A stretch of DNA of 5,864 nucleotides, from positions 1 to 5,864 of the IMG/VR virus record IMGVR_UViG_3300000208_000141, one strand, 5' to 3'. The translations under genes and the position numbers were made by a program. The notes below the pieces were generated by a model. That model was not told the origin of the DNA. It was given only the letters and a program-made list of their open reading frames with translations, and did not search any database. This DNA is from a virus. Position 1 is the stretch's first letter. Each line of letters opens with the position of its first letter. Positions 1-5,735 of the stretch are shown in pieces.

Positions 1-1
1 T

Positions 2-77
2 GGAGGATTAGCTCAGCTGGGAGAGCACTTGCCTTACAAGCAAGGGGTCGGCGGTTCGATCCCGTCATCCTCCACCA
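2..77 (+). tRNA. tRNA-Val (anticodon TAC), CCA encoded
   Basis: Cloverleaf read by eye: acceptor GGAGGAT (2-8) / ATCCTCC (67-73), discriminator A74, CCA 75-77. Anticodon stem CTTGC/GCAAG with loop CTTACAA. T-arm contains GGTTCGATCC. Confidence 0.95.
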
Positions 78-88
78 CTTTCAATCGT

Positions 89-166
<78 letters not shown>

Positions 167-169
167 AAT

Positions 170-245
170 GGTCCCGTAGTGTAGTGGTTAACATGCCTGC
201 CTGTCACGCAGGAGATCGCGGGTTCGAGTCCCGTCGGGACCGCCA
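170..245 (+). tRNA. tRNA-Asp (anticodon GTC), CCA encoded
   Basis: Acceptor GGTCCCG / CGGGACC, anticodon loop CTGTCAC, discriminator G242, CCA 243-245, T-loop GGTTCGAGTCC. Confidence 0.95.
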
Positions 246-280
246 TCATTTCAAAGCTATGAAATAAAAAAATTACATAG

Positions 281-356
281 GGCTCGGTAGCTCAGTCGGT
301 AGAGCAAAGGACTGAAAATCCTTGTGTCGGCGGTTCGATTCCGTCCCGAGCCACCA
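281..356 (+). tRNA. tRNA-Phe (anticodon GAA), CCA encoded
   Basis: Acceptor GGCTCGG / CCGAGCC, D-arm TAGCTCAGTCGGTAGAGC, anticodon loop CTGAAAA, discriminator A353, CCA 354-356. Confidence 0.95.
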
Positions 357-393
357 CTAAATAAATAGAATATAATCATCTTATGATTTATAT

Positions 394-469
394 GCCGACT
401 TAGCTCAATTGGTAGAGCAACTGAATCGTAATCAGTAGGTTGCGGGTTCAAGTCCTGCAGTCGGCACCA
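394..469 (+). tRNA. tRNA-Thr (anticodon CGT), CCA encoded
   Basis: Acceptor GCCGACT / AGTCGGC, anticodon stem ACTGA/TCAGT with loop ATCGTAA (A32, U33, CGT), discriminator A466, CCA 467-469. Confidence 0.9.
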
Positions 470-475
470 TTCCGT

Positions 476-560
476 GGAGGGGTAGCGAAGTGGCTAAACG
501 CGGCGGACTGTAAATCCGCTCCCTTTGGGTTCGGCGGTTCGAATCCGTCCCCCTCCACCA
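476..560 (+). tRNA. tRNA-Tyr (anticodon GTA), class II long variable arm, CCA encoded
   Basis: Acceptor GGAGGGG / CCCCTCC, anticodon loop CTGTAAA, extended variable arm, discriminator A557, CCA 558-560. Length 85 nt. Confidence 0.95.
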
Positions 561-566
561 TAATGA

Positions 567-640
567 AGGGGCATAGTTTAATGGTAGAACAGAGGTCTCC
601 AAAACCTCCGGTGTGGGTTCGATTCCTACTGCCCCTGCCA
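567..640 (+). tRNA. tRNA-Trp (anticodon CCA), CCA encoded
   Basis: Acceptor AGGGGCA / TGCCCCT, anticodon loop CTCCAAA, discriminator G637, CCA 638-640. Confidence 0.95.
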
Positions 641-656
641 TTCTGACGATCATTAT

Positions 657-730
657 GGCGGCTATGGCGAAGTGGTTAACGCACCAGATTGTGGCTCTGG
701 CATGCGTGGGTTCGATTCCCACTAGTCGCC
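657..730 (+). tRNA. tRNA-His (anticodon GTG), G-1 encoded, 3' CCA not encoded
   Basis: An extra 5' G (657) lies opposite C73 (730), as expected for tRNA-His. Acceptor GCGGCTA / TAGTCGC, anticodon loop TTGTGGC. The sequence after C73 is CTT, not CCA. Confidence 0.92.
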
Positions 731-746
731 CTTTTGCCTTTAGTGT

Positions 747-821
747 TGGGGTATAGCCAAGCGGTAAGGCAACGGACTTTGACTCCGTGATGCGTTGGTT
801 CGAATCCAGCTACCCCAGCCA
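747..821 (+). tRNA. tRNA-Gln (anticodon TTG), CCA encoded
   Basis: Acceptor TGGGGTA / TACCCCA, anticodon loop CTTTGAC, discriminator G818, CCA 819-821. Confidence 0.95.
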
Positions 822-826
822 ATCAT

Positions 827-898
827 GCGGAAGTAGTTCAGTGGTAGAACACCACCTTGCCAAGGTGGGGGTCGCGGGTTCGAGTCCCGTCTTCCGCT
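827..898 (+). tRNA. tRNA-Gly (anticodon GCC), 3' CCA not encoded
   Basis: Acceptor GCGGAAG / CTTCCGC, anticodon stem CCACC/GGTGG with loop TTGCCAA, discriminator T898. The next bases are CTC rather than CCA. Confidence 0.93.
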
Positions 899-907
899 CT
901 CGATCGA

Positions 908-981
<74 letters not shown>

Positions 982-997
982 CTTAATAAAAAAAGTG

Positions 998-1026
998 TTG
1001 ACAATCTAATAATGATATGATATAAT
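998..1026 (+). promoter_or_regulatory. Perfect consensus sigma-A promoter driving tRNA-Leu(CAA)
   Basis: TTGACA (998-1003), exactly 17 nt of spacer, then TATAAT (1021-1026). An A-rich UP-like tract (cttaataaaaaaa, 982-994) lies upstream. The mature tRNA 5' end at 1039 is 13 nt after the -10. Confidence 0.8.
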
Positions 1027-1038
1027 ATTAAATGTCGC

Positions 1039-1123
<85 letters not shown>

Positions 1124-1170
1124 TCCTTGGAATTCGATAGCCCACGGCCAAAAGTCGTGGAAGCCTTGAT

Positions 1171-1195
1171 ACGACCGCGTTTGCGGTCGTTTTTC
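1171..1195 (+). terminator. Rho-independent terminator downstream of tRNA-Leu
   Basis: 8-bp GC-rich stem ACGACCGC (1171-1178) / GCGGTCGT (1183-1190), loop GTTT, then a T-run (tttttcatttt). There is no matching T-run on the minus strand, so it looks unidirectional. Confidence 0.8.
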
Positions 1196-1205
1196 ATTTT
1201 CAGGA

Positions 1206-1270
1206 AATCCCGAAAAAAACGATAGAATCCGAAAAAATTTTGCACGAATTTTGCACGGCTATTTTGCATG
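1206..1270. repeat. Two families of short direct repeats between tRNA-Leu and the int 3' end (candidate arm-type recombinase/Xis binding sites)
   Basis: AATTTTGCACG is perfectly tandem at 1236-1246 and 1247-1257 (11-bp period). A third copy, ATTTTGCATG, lies at 1261-1270 over the last int codons. GAA(A)TCC(C)GAAAAAA occurs at 1206-1219 and 1226-1237. Confidence 0.55.
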
Positions 1271-2392
1271 ATATAGATCATCCATGATTTGATCGAGGAG
1301 CATATTTTCCGCTTGTTCCAGCTCGTCCAAAATGTGCGAGTAGGTCTGCAATGTGATCCCTATATCCTTATGGCCAAGACGCTTTGAGATATATTTGATG
1401 TTCGCTTTCCGGTATAACAGCATCGAAGCGTGCGTATGTCTCAAGGAATGCATCGTCACCTCTTTTAAACCAAGTTTTCTACACAGCGTTTTTAGTGTTT
1501 TGTTAACAGCGTTATTGGACACTAACTCCATCTTCGTGTTCACAAAAACAAGATTTTTCTCGTTCCTCAATCCGGTTTTCATGGCCACCTCATTCTGTGC
1601 TTTCCGCAGTTCTTTCAATATTTTGCAGGTGTCTTCATCGATCTTTATGGTTCGCTTCGATGAATAGGTTTTCGTATCGGCGAAATCATTCGTAAATTTA
1701 TAGTCCCAAGTCTTATTGATCGTCACCATTCTGTTTTTGAAATCAATGCAGTCCCATGTGAGCCCTAATATTTCCGAAAAACGTGCGCCAGTTGCCAGGG
1801 CGAAGAGGATAATATACCGTGAAATATATTTCGGGCGCATATCTTTTTTGATTTCGGCAATCAATTGTTTCGCTTCTTGATAGTTTAGATATTTTAGTTC
1901 CTCGTCTTTCCCTTTTTTCTTCCCTTTCACCACCACTTTATAGGTAGGATCGCGAATGATCACTCCTTCTTCGATGGCAGCTTTAATGCATTCTTTGATG
2001 TAAGTATGACGTTTTTTGACGGTTTCAGTCGTTCTCGTTTCCGCTATTTCATTAATAAACTTCTGGTACATATCCCTTGTGAGTTCTTTCATCTTTACCC
2101 CTGGAAAGTATTCCTCGACTAGCTGAACGGAGTATTCCACATTTTTATCATGCTCTGGACTGTGTTTCCCCTTTTTGTACAGCTCGAACCAATTCCGCAT
2201 ATATTCAGGGAAAAGCTGATCTGCGGCATTAATATCATAGCCTTTGTGAAGTTGTTTCTCTAATTCAGCAGCCGCAAGCTCCGCTTCTTTCTTCGTCCGA
2301 AAACCTCCTTTCGTTTTCGTTTTGTATTTCCCATTTTCTTTGTAGGAAACACGATAGCGCCAGCCGTTTTTGGTTTTTTGAATGCTGGCCAT
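1259..2392 (-). CDS. int: Tyrosine-type site-specific integrase (phage integrase family), 377 aa
   Basis: N-terminal arm-binding-like segment (KTKNGWRYRVSYKENGKYKTKTKGGFRTKKEAE). Catalytic signature residues are present: ATGARFSEILGLTW (Arg I), HSLRHTHAS (HxxR), and LGHKDIGITLQTYSH (His/Tyr nucleophile). I chose the ATG at 2392 (MASIQK...), preceded by GGGAGGGAG with about 5 nt of spacing. The track start at 2437 is a TTG with no RBS. Confidence 0.93.
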   Translation of the reverse strand: MASIQKTKNGWRYRVSYKENGKYKTKTKGGFRTKKEAELAAAELEKQLHKGYDINAADQLFPEYMRNWFELYKKGKHSPEHDKNVEYSVQLVEEYFPGVKMKELTRDMYQKFINEIAETRTTETVKKRHTYIKECIKAAIEEGVIIRDPTYKVVVKGKKKGKDEELKYLNYQEAKQLIAEIKKDMRPKYISRYIILFALATGARFSEILGLTWDCIDFKNRMVTINKTWDYKFTNDFADTKTYSSKRTIKIDEDTCKILKELRKAQNEVAMKTGLRNEKNLVFVNTKMELVSNNAVNKTLKTLCRKLGLKEVTMHSLRHTHASMLLYRKANIKYISKRLGHKDIGITLQTYSHILDELEQAENMLLDQIMDDLYHAK

Positions 2393-2433
2393 GTCTTCTC
2401 CCTCCCTATGCAGAATGTATGTTTGGTTTGAGG

Positions 2434-2868
2434 TCAAAATTTTTTTAGATGCACCACCTCCTCAGGGACTCCATACGCCGCCGCGGCTTCATAAATGGTT
2501 GCATCAGTACCGCGATATGTATAAAGCACATCATCCGACAGAAGCAATTCCACGGCAAACTCATTCGCCTCCCTTTCCACTTTATCCATGCAGAAAAGTG
2601 TGTTTCTCCTTAGAAAAGATGTGCTAAGTTCGGGATGCAGAACTGCATGCCCCAGCTCGTGCGCGCATACAAAGCGTTTCATCGGCTCGTCCAACTCTGA
2701 ATTGATGTGAATGATCTGAATCCGGCGAAATGTATGATGATACCCGTATGTCCCGCCAAGCGGCTCAAACAACAGCACAATGCCTTTCTGTGATGCGATC
2801 TCAAAGGGGTTGTTCGTGCCGTGCCTGTTGACTAATTTCTCTACGATCTGTTTGATCTTCTCAGCCAT
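2434..2868 (-). CDS. immA: ImmA/IrrE-family zinc metallopeptidase (anti-repressor protease), 144 aa
   Basis: HEXXH motif (CAHELGHAVLH) with a downstream glutamate-containing segment (EREANEFA) that could supply a third metal ligand. Its size and its position between the repressor and int are typical of COG2856/ImmA. RBS GGGGGG lies 6 nt upstream of the ATG at 2868. Confidence 0.88.
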   Translation of the reverse strand: MAEKIKQIVEKLVNRHGTNNPFEIASQKGIVLLFEPLGGTYGYHHTFRRIQIIHINSELDEPMKRFVCAHELGHAVLHPELSTSFLRRNTLFCMDKVEREANEFAVELLLSDDVLYTYRGTDATIYEAAAAYGVPEEVVHLKKF

Positions 2869-2889
2869 AGCGAACCCCCCTAGAGATAG

Positions 2890-3360
2890 TTATTGACGGT
2901 ATTTCTTTGGCGTGAACTTTTGTTTTGCGATGCGCTTAGCGAGGCGGAGCGAGTTTTCCAGAGATGCGATCAGTAGTTCCCGATCTTCTTCATCGAGTTC
3001 GTCGATGTCCACTCCGCCGAATGCAGCGAAACCGCTTCCTGTCTTGAGCCCCTTGATGATCTTTTCCAGCTCCTTTTGGATGTCGCGCTCGTCTTTATCC
3101 GTTAGGGTAGGTAGATGTTCTTTAGTATCGTCAGCGATATATCCGGCGGCTTGCATTAGATCCTCATAAGTAATTCCGTTGTGAGCGTGATCCGCTAACT
3201 TTTTTATTGTCTGAGGTGTGGGAGGGCTGTCTAATAAGCATCTGAGTAACCTTGATATATGAGCGGATGTAACACCTGATTTTTGAGCATAGTGGTTTAT
3301 TGACCTATTCCCTTTTGCCTTTTCCAGTAGCTCTGCGAATCTTTGCTTATCAAAAGACAT
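2890..3360 (-). CDS. XRE-family HTH repressor (ImmR / CI-like lysogeny repressor), 156 aa
   Basis: N-terminal HTH (RSINHYAQKSGVTSAHISRLLR). It lies directly upstream of, and is co-oriented with, the ImmA peptidase, and is divergent from the early operon. I chose the ATG at 3360 (MSFDKQRF...), preceded by GGAGG with 8 nt of spacing. The track start at 3396 is a TTG inside the promoter region. Confidence 0.85.
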   Translation of the reverse strand: MSFDKQRFAELLEKAKGNRSINHYAQKSGVTSAHISRLLRCLLDSPPTPQTIKKLADHAHNGITYEDLMQAAGYIADDTKEHLPTLTDKDERDIQKELEKIIKGLKTGSGFAAFGGVDIDELDEEDRELLIASLENSLRLAKRIAKQKFTPKKYRQ

Positions 3361-3397
3361 GTATCTAACCTCCATTTTTTTGTTGTCTAAAATCAAT

Positions 3398-3425
3398 GTT
3401 ATATCTATATTCTGTTGTTTGTAAA
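3398..3425 (-). promoter_or_regulatory. Candidate promoter for the repressor-immA-int operon
   Basis: Read on the minus strand: TTTACA (+3420-3425), 16 nt of spacer, TATAAC (+3398-3403), about 35-40 nt upstream of the repressor ATG. The -35 overlaps the 16-bp palindrome at 3414-3429. Confidence 0.4.
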
Positions 3426-3429
3426 CAAC
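3414..3429. promoter_or_regulatory. 16-bp palindrome, candidate operator
   Basis: GTTGTTT-GT-AAACAAC has perfect 7-bp inverted arms. Related half-sites TGTTGT / ACAACA recur at 3381-3386 and 3511-3516. Confidence 0.5.
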
Positions 3430-3454
3430 GAAAAGTAAAAAATCATAAAAATTA

Positions 3455-3484
3455 TTGACTGTATGTAATAATAGATGTTATATT
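3455..3484 (+). promoter_or_regulatory. Early (lytic/rightward) promoter with extended -10
   Basis: TTGACT (3455-3460), 18-nt spacer, then TGtTATATT (TG at 3476-3477, hexamer 3479-3484). It lies about 50 nt upstream of the Cro-like start. Confidence 0.65.
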
Positions 3485-3535
3485 TTACATGAAAACAATA
3501 TTGACTACATACAACACTCGGAAGGGAGTGATAAA

Positions 3536-3793
3536 GTGTACGTTAACAAAGACAAGGTGAAAGTATTAATGGAAGAAAGAGCAAATGGGAGATATCGCAA
3601 ATTCGCTAGAATGCTGAATCTTGATGTTGCCCATTTGTACAGGGTTCTAAATTCCAAGAGTATGGCAGGACCAAAGTTTTTAGGAAGACTTAAAAAGTAT
3701 TGCGATGAAAATGGTTTAGACTTTGAAGAATATATTTTTTTAGATGATCCGTTACATGCAGTCAATGATAATTGGAAGGGAGAAGGGAAATGA
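3536..3793 (+). CDS. Cro-like small HTH DNA-binding protein, 85 aa
   Basis: HTH segment YRKFARMLNLDVAHLYRVLNS. It is the first gene of the operon divergent from the repressor. The GTG at 3536 is preceded by GGAAGGGAG with 7 nt of spacing. The ATG at 3569 (MEERANG...) is an alternative start. The track start at 3455 is the TTG of the promoter -35. Confidence 0.75.
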   Translation: MYVNKDKVKVLMEERANGRYRKFARMLNLDVAHLYRVLNSKSMAGPKFLGRLKKYCDENGLDFEEYIFLDDPLHAVNDNWKGEGK

Positions 3794-4515
3794 ACCCGCA
3801 AGTTTTCACTTATGGTGAAACACAGGTTAGAACAATCATCAAAAACGGTGAAGTTTGGTTTATCGCAAAAGATGTGTGCAGTGTTCTCGATATCAAAAAC
3901 AGTCGCGATGCCTTAGGGAGATTAGATGAAGACGAAAAGGGTGTAGTTTTAACCGACACCCTTGGAGGAAAACAACAAATGTTGTGTGTCAATGAAGCTG
4001 GACTTTACAACTTGGTTTTGAGAAGTCGTAAACCCGAAGCAAAGCAGTTCAAGCGTTGGGTGACACATGAAGTCCTCCCAACCATCCGCAAAACGGGCGG
4101 CTATGTCTCAAACGATGAAATGTTCATCAATACGTATCTTCCTTTTGCAGATGAGCAGACCAAGATGATGTTTCGTGGCGTGCTTGAAACCGTGCGTCGG
4201 CAAAATGAACGGATCGCGGCGATGAAGCCGAAAGCAGACTATTTTGACGCCTTAGTTGATCGGAATCTACTCACCAACTTTAGAGACACAGCCAAAGAGC
4301 TTGAGGTGAAAGAACGGTATTTCATTGAATGGCTCCTCGATAACAAATTTGTCTACAGAGATCAAAAAGGAAAATTGAAACCATATGCGCAGTATGTGCC
4401 AGAACTATTCAAACTGAAAGAATTCGCTCGAAACGGGAAGGCCGATGTGCAAACGTTGATTACTCCACGCGGGAAAGAAACATTTCGGTTGTTGCTAAAG
4501 AACCAAACGGCGTGA
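3790..4515 (+). CDS. Phage antirepressor, N-terminal BRO-N domain + C-terminal KilAC/ANT domain, 241 aa
   Basis: The BRO-N pattern is clear (FTYGETQVRTIIKNGEVWFIAKDVCSVLDIKNSRDAL...VNEAGLYNLVLRSRKPEAKQFKRWVTHEVLPTIRKTGGY). KilAC-like C-terminus (KPKADYFDALVDRNLLTNFRDTAKELEVKERYFIEWLL...). The ATG at 3790 overlaps the upstream stop as ATGA and is preceded by GGAAGGGAGAAGGG. Confidence 0.9.
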   Translation: MNPQVFTYGETQVRTIIKNGEVWFIAKDVCSVLDIKNSRDALGRLDEDEKGVVLTDTLGGKQQMLCVNEAGLYNLVLRSRKPEAKQFKRWVTHEVLPTIRKTGGYVSNDEMFINTYLPFADEQTKMMFRGVLETVRRQNERIAAMKPKADYFDALVDRNLLTNFRDTAKELEVKERYFIEWLLDNKFVYRDQKGKLKPYAQYVPELFKLKEFARNGKADVQTLITPRGKETFRLLLKNQTA

Positions 4516-4530
4516 AAGGGGGTGAAAAGG

Positions 4531-4665
4531 GTGAACATGGAATGCCCACGTTGCGGTTGCGAAAATGCTCAATACGAAGTTGTTGAGGTTGTTGAGGGGA
4601 AAGGCTACGTTTGGGAAGCGGCGTGCGAAGAGTGCGGTTGGGAAGATACGAAATATGAGTTCTGA
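4531..4665 (+). CDS. Small zinc-ribbon protein (42-44 aa), absent from the ORF track
   Basis: Hand translation: (VN)MECPRCGCENAQYEVVEVVEGKGYVWEAACEECGWEDTKYEF*. It has two CxxC pairs (CPRC, CEEC). The start is GTG 4531 (GGGGGTG RBS 7 nt upstream) or in-frame ATG 4537. It fills the otherwise empty 170-bp gap between flanking genes on the same strand. Confidence 0.6.
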   Translation: MNMECPRCGCENAQYEVVEVVEGKGYVWEAACEECGWEDTKYEF

Positions 4666-4686
4666 GCCTCAAGGGAGGGAGACGAA

Positions 4687-4959
4687 GTGAGAAACAAAGT
4701 CTGGTGGTCGATGCAGGATCTCAAAGAGCGTACCGGCTACAGCGAGGATTGGCTGAAGGAGCACATCCTGCTCCATCCTCGCTACAAACCGATGCTTGAC
4801 ATTGAAAATGGCGGTTTTGTGTACTATCCGGAACGGAAAGGCGAACGTTGGTGTTTCATTGCGTCTCGCATGGAAGAGTTTCTAGAGAAGTATTTCAAAG
4901 ACATTTTCTTGAAAAAGGAGGAGACTTCGAATGCAAACAAAAAGACTGTCGCTCGATGA
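4687..4959 (+). CDS. DUF771-like phage DNA-binding protein, possible excisionase, 90 aa
   Basis: The segment WSMQDLKERTGYSEDWLKEHILLHPRYKPMLDIENGGFVYYPERKGERWCFIASRMEEFLEKYF resembles the DUF771 family pattern as I remember it from Firmicute siphophages. GTG start at 4687 is preceded by GGGAGGGAG. ATG 4711 is an alternative start. Confidence 0.6.
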   Translation: MRNKVWWSMQDLKERTGYSEDWLKEHILLHPRYKPMLDIENGGFVYYPERKGERWCFIASRMEEFLEKYFKDIFLKKEETSNANKKTVAR

Positions 4960-5203
4960 GTTTCCGAAAGAGATTAGAGAGCAATTGGGAAAGAGCTTTC
5001 GCGAATTCACCTTTGTCGATGGATATGTAGTGAGATATAAAAACGCAGGATCGACGTATCACATAGCACTTATGGATGAACGCCTGCTATGGGAGATATG
5101 TTTCACAGATAGCGAAAAAGAAGGCATCTATGAGTGCATACATGAATCGTCGATTGAGTTGAGATTCGTCAGACAGGCGGCAGAATTTCTTAAGCTCGAT
5201 TAA
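4931..5203 (+). CDS. Hypothetical phage protein, 90 aa
   Basis: Strong RBS AAGGAGGAG lies 7 nt before the ATG at 4931. It is co-oriented in the early operon and overlaps the upstream gene by 29 nt. I recognise no motif. Confidence 0.6.
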   Translation: MQTKRLSLDEFPKEIREQLGKSFREFTFVDGYVVRYKNAGSTYHIALMDERLLWEICFTDSEKEGIYECIHESSIELRFVRQAAEFLKLD

Positions 5204-5217
5204 AAAAGGAGGAAGCA

Positions 5218-5253
5218 GGTAGCAAAGAAGGGTCGCTCATCTTCTTTGCTACC
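5218..5253. other. 13-bp perfect inverted repeat (stem-loop), non-canonical terminator or RNA/DNA structural element
   Basis: GGTAGCAAAGAAG (5218-5230), loop GGTCGCTCAT, CTTCTTTGCTACC (5241-5253). No adjacent T-run on either strand. An orphan AAAGGAGGAAG lies immediately upstream. Confidence 0.5.
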
Positions 5254-5296
5254 ACCCATTGTAACAAACCTTCTGTTTAATGTCTATCCTCAGGCG

Positions 5297-5318
5297 CAGG
5301 ATATTGTCCTGTTTTCTC
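5297..5318 (+). terminator. Weak candidate intrinsic terminator at the end of the early operon
   Basis: CAGGA-TATTG-TCCTG forms a 5-bp stem and is followed by TTTTCTC. The stem is short, so this is a low-confidence call. Confidence 0.3.
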
Positions 5319-5393
5319 AAACTTCCTCATGTTTTGGCCAAAGGTTGTTCTGTCTCCTGCGTCTGAATATGGGCATTAAGGAAAGGGGGTGGT

Positions 5394-5735
5394 GTGTTGC
5401 GGCATAACGATGATACGCAAGTTCGCATTCGAATAGGAGAGCTTCTTGATATATGCCGCAAGTGTCCGTATGGAGGTCTTCGTAGTGGCAGTCGATATGT
5501 ACAACAATGCGAAACATGCGACGTCTACAGAGAAATGCGAGCGCTTGGAGATTGGCTTGCCAATACCAATCAGCGCCCGAAAAAACAAAGGATCAAGAAA
5601 TGGACAGAGAAAGAACGTGAAGTTTTGCGGAACAACATTCATTTGGGAACAAAAGAACTGGCGAAGATGCTAAACCGAACTATCCCGTCAATCAGAAACC
5701 AAATTCAATTACTAAGACGAAAGGGGCTAATCTAA
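5394..5735 (+). CDS. Putative Cys4 zinc-finger + C-terminal Myb/SANT-like HTH DNA-binding protein, about 112 aa
   Basis: Two CxxC pairs (CRKCPYG...CETCDVY), then a basic linker (RPKKQRIKK), then WTEKEREVLRNNIHLGTKELAKMLNRTIPSIRNQIQLLRRKG, which resembles a Myb/HTH repeat. The start is GTG 5394 or TTG 5397, downstream of GGAAAGGGGG. Confidence 0.6.
   Translation: MLRHNDDTQVRIRIGELLDICRKCPYGGLRSGSRYVQQCETCDVYREMRALGDWLANTNQRPKKQRIKKWTEKEREVLRNNIHLGTKELAKMLNRTIPSIRNQIQLLRRKGLI

Noticed and set aside
247-264. AT-rich inverted repeat ATTTCA-aagcta-TGAAAT in the Asp-Phe spacer, and TATAAT at 371-376 in the Phe-Thr spacer, as a possible internal terminator or promoter.
   Set aside because: The hairpin is a weak 6-bp AT stem followed by A's, not T's. 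The TATAAT has no -35 or TG extension at the correct spacing. These are more likely processing spacers.
1353-1667. 104-aa + strand ORF antisense to the integrase. Similar antisense or alternate-frame ORFs are 2382..2627+, 2912..3169+, 3505..3801-, 3810..3992-, 4460..4672-, 4848..5030+, 5317..5517-, 5376..5642- and 5446..5673+.
   Set aside because: Each is fully embedded in or overlaps a gene with clear domain signatures or an RBS on the other strand or frame. They lack RBS and give low-complexity or Ser/Leu/Phe-rich products.
2393-2437. N-terminal extensions in the ORF track: int from 2437, repressor from 3396, Cro-like from 3455, antirepressor from 3772.
   Set aside because: All four extended starts are TTG codons without an upstream RBS. 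Two of them lie inside promoter elements, including the TTGACT -35 at 3455. In each case an internal ATG or GTG has a strong GGAGG-type RBS at 5-8 nt.
3501-3506. A second TTGACT as an additional + strand promoter -35.
   Set aside because: The position 17-18 nt downstream is GGGAGT, which is the RBS, with no -10-like hexamer. It is better read as a repeat of the operator-like TATTGACT motif.
5280-5366. 28-aa + strand ORF (MSILRRRILSCFLKLPHVLAKGCSVSCV) inside the non-coding gap.
   Set aside because: There is no RBS upstream of the ATG and the composition is not protein-like. It is probably a chance ORF.
5345-5370. Possible promoter TTGTTC ... GAATAT upstream of the 5394 gene.
   Set aside because: The spacer is only 14 nt and both hexamers are poor. 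I could not support a promoter call here, so the start signal of the second unit remains unidentified.
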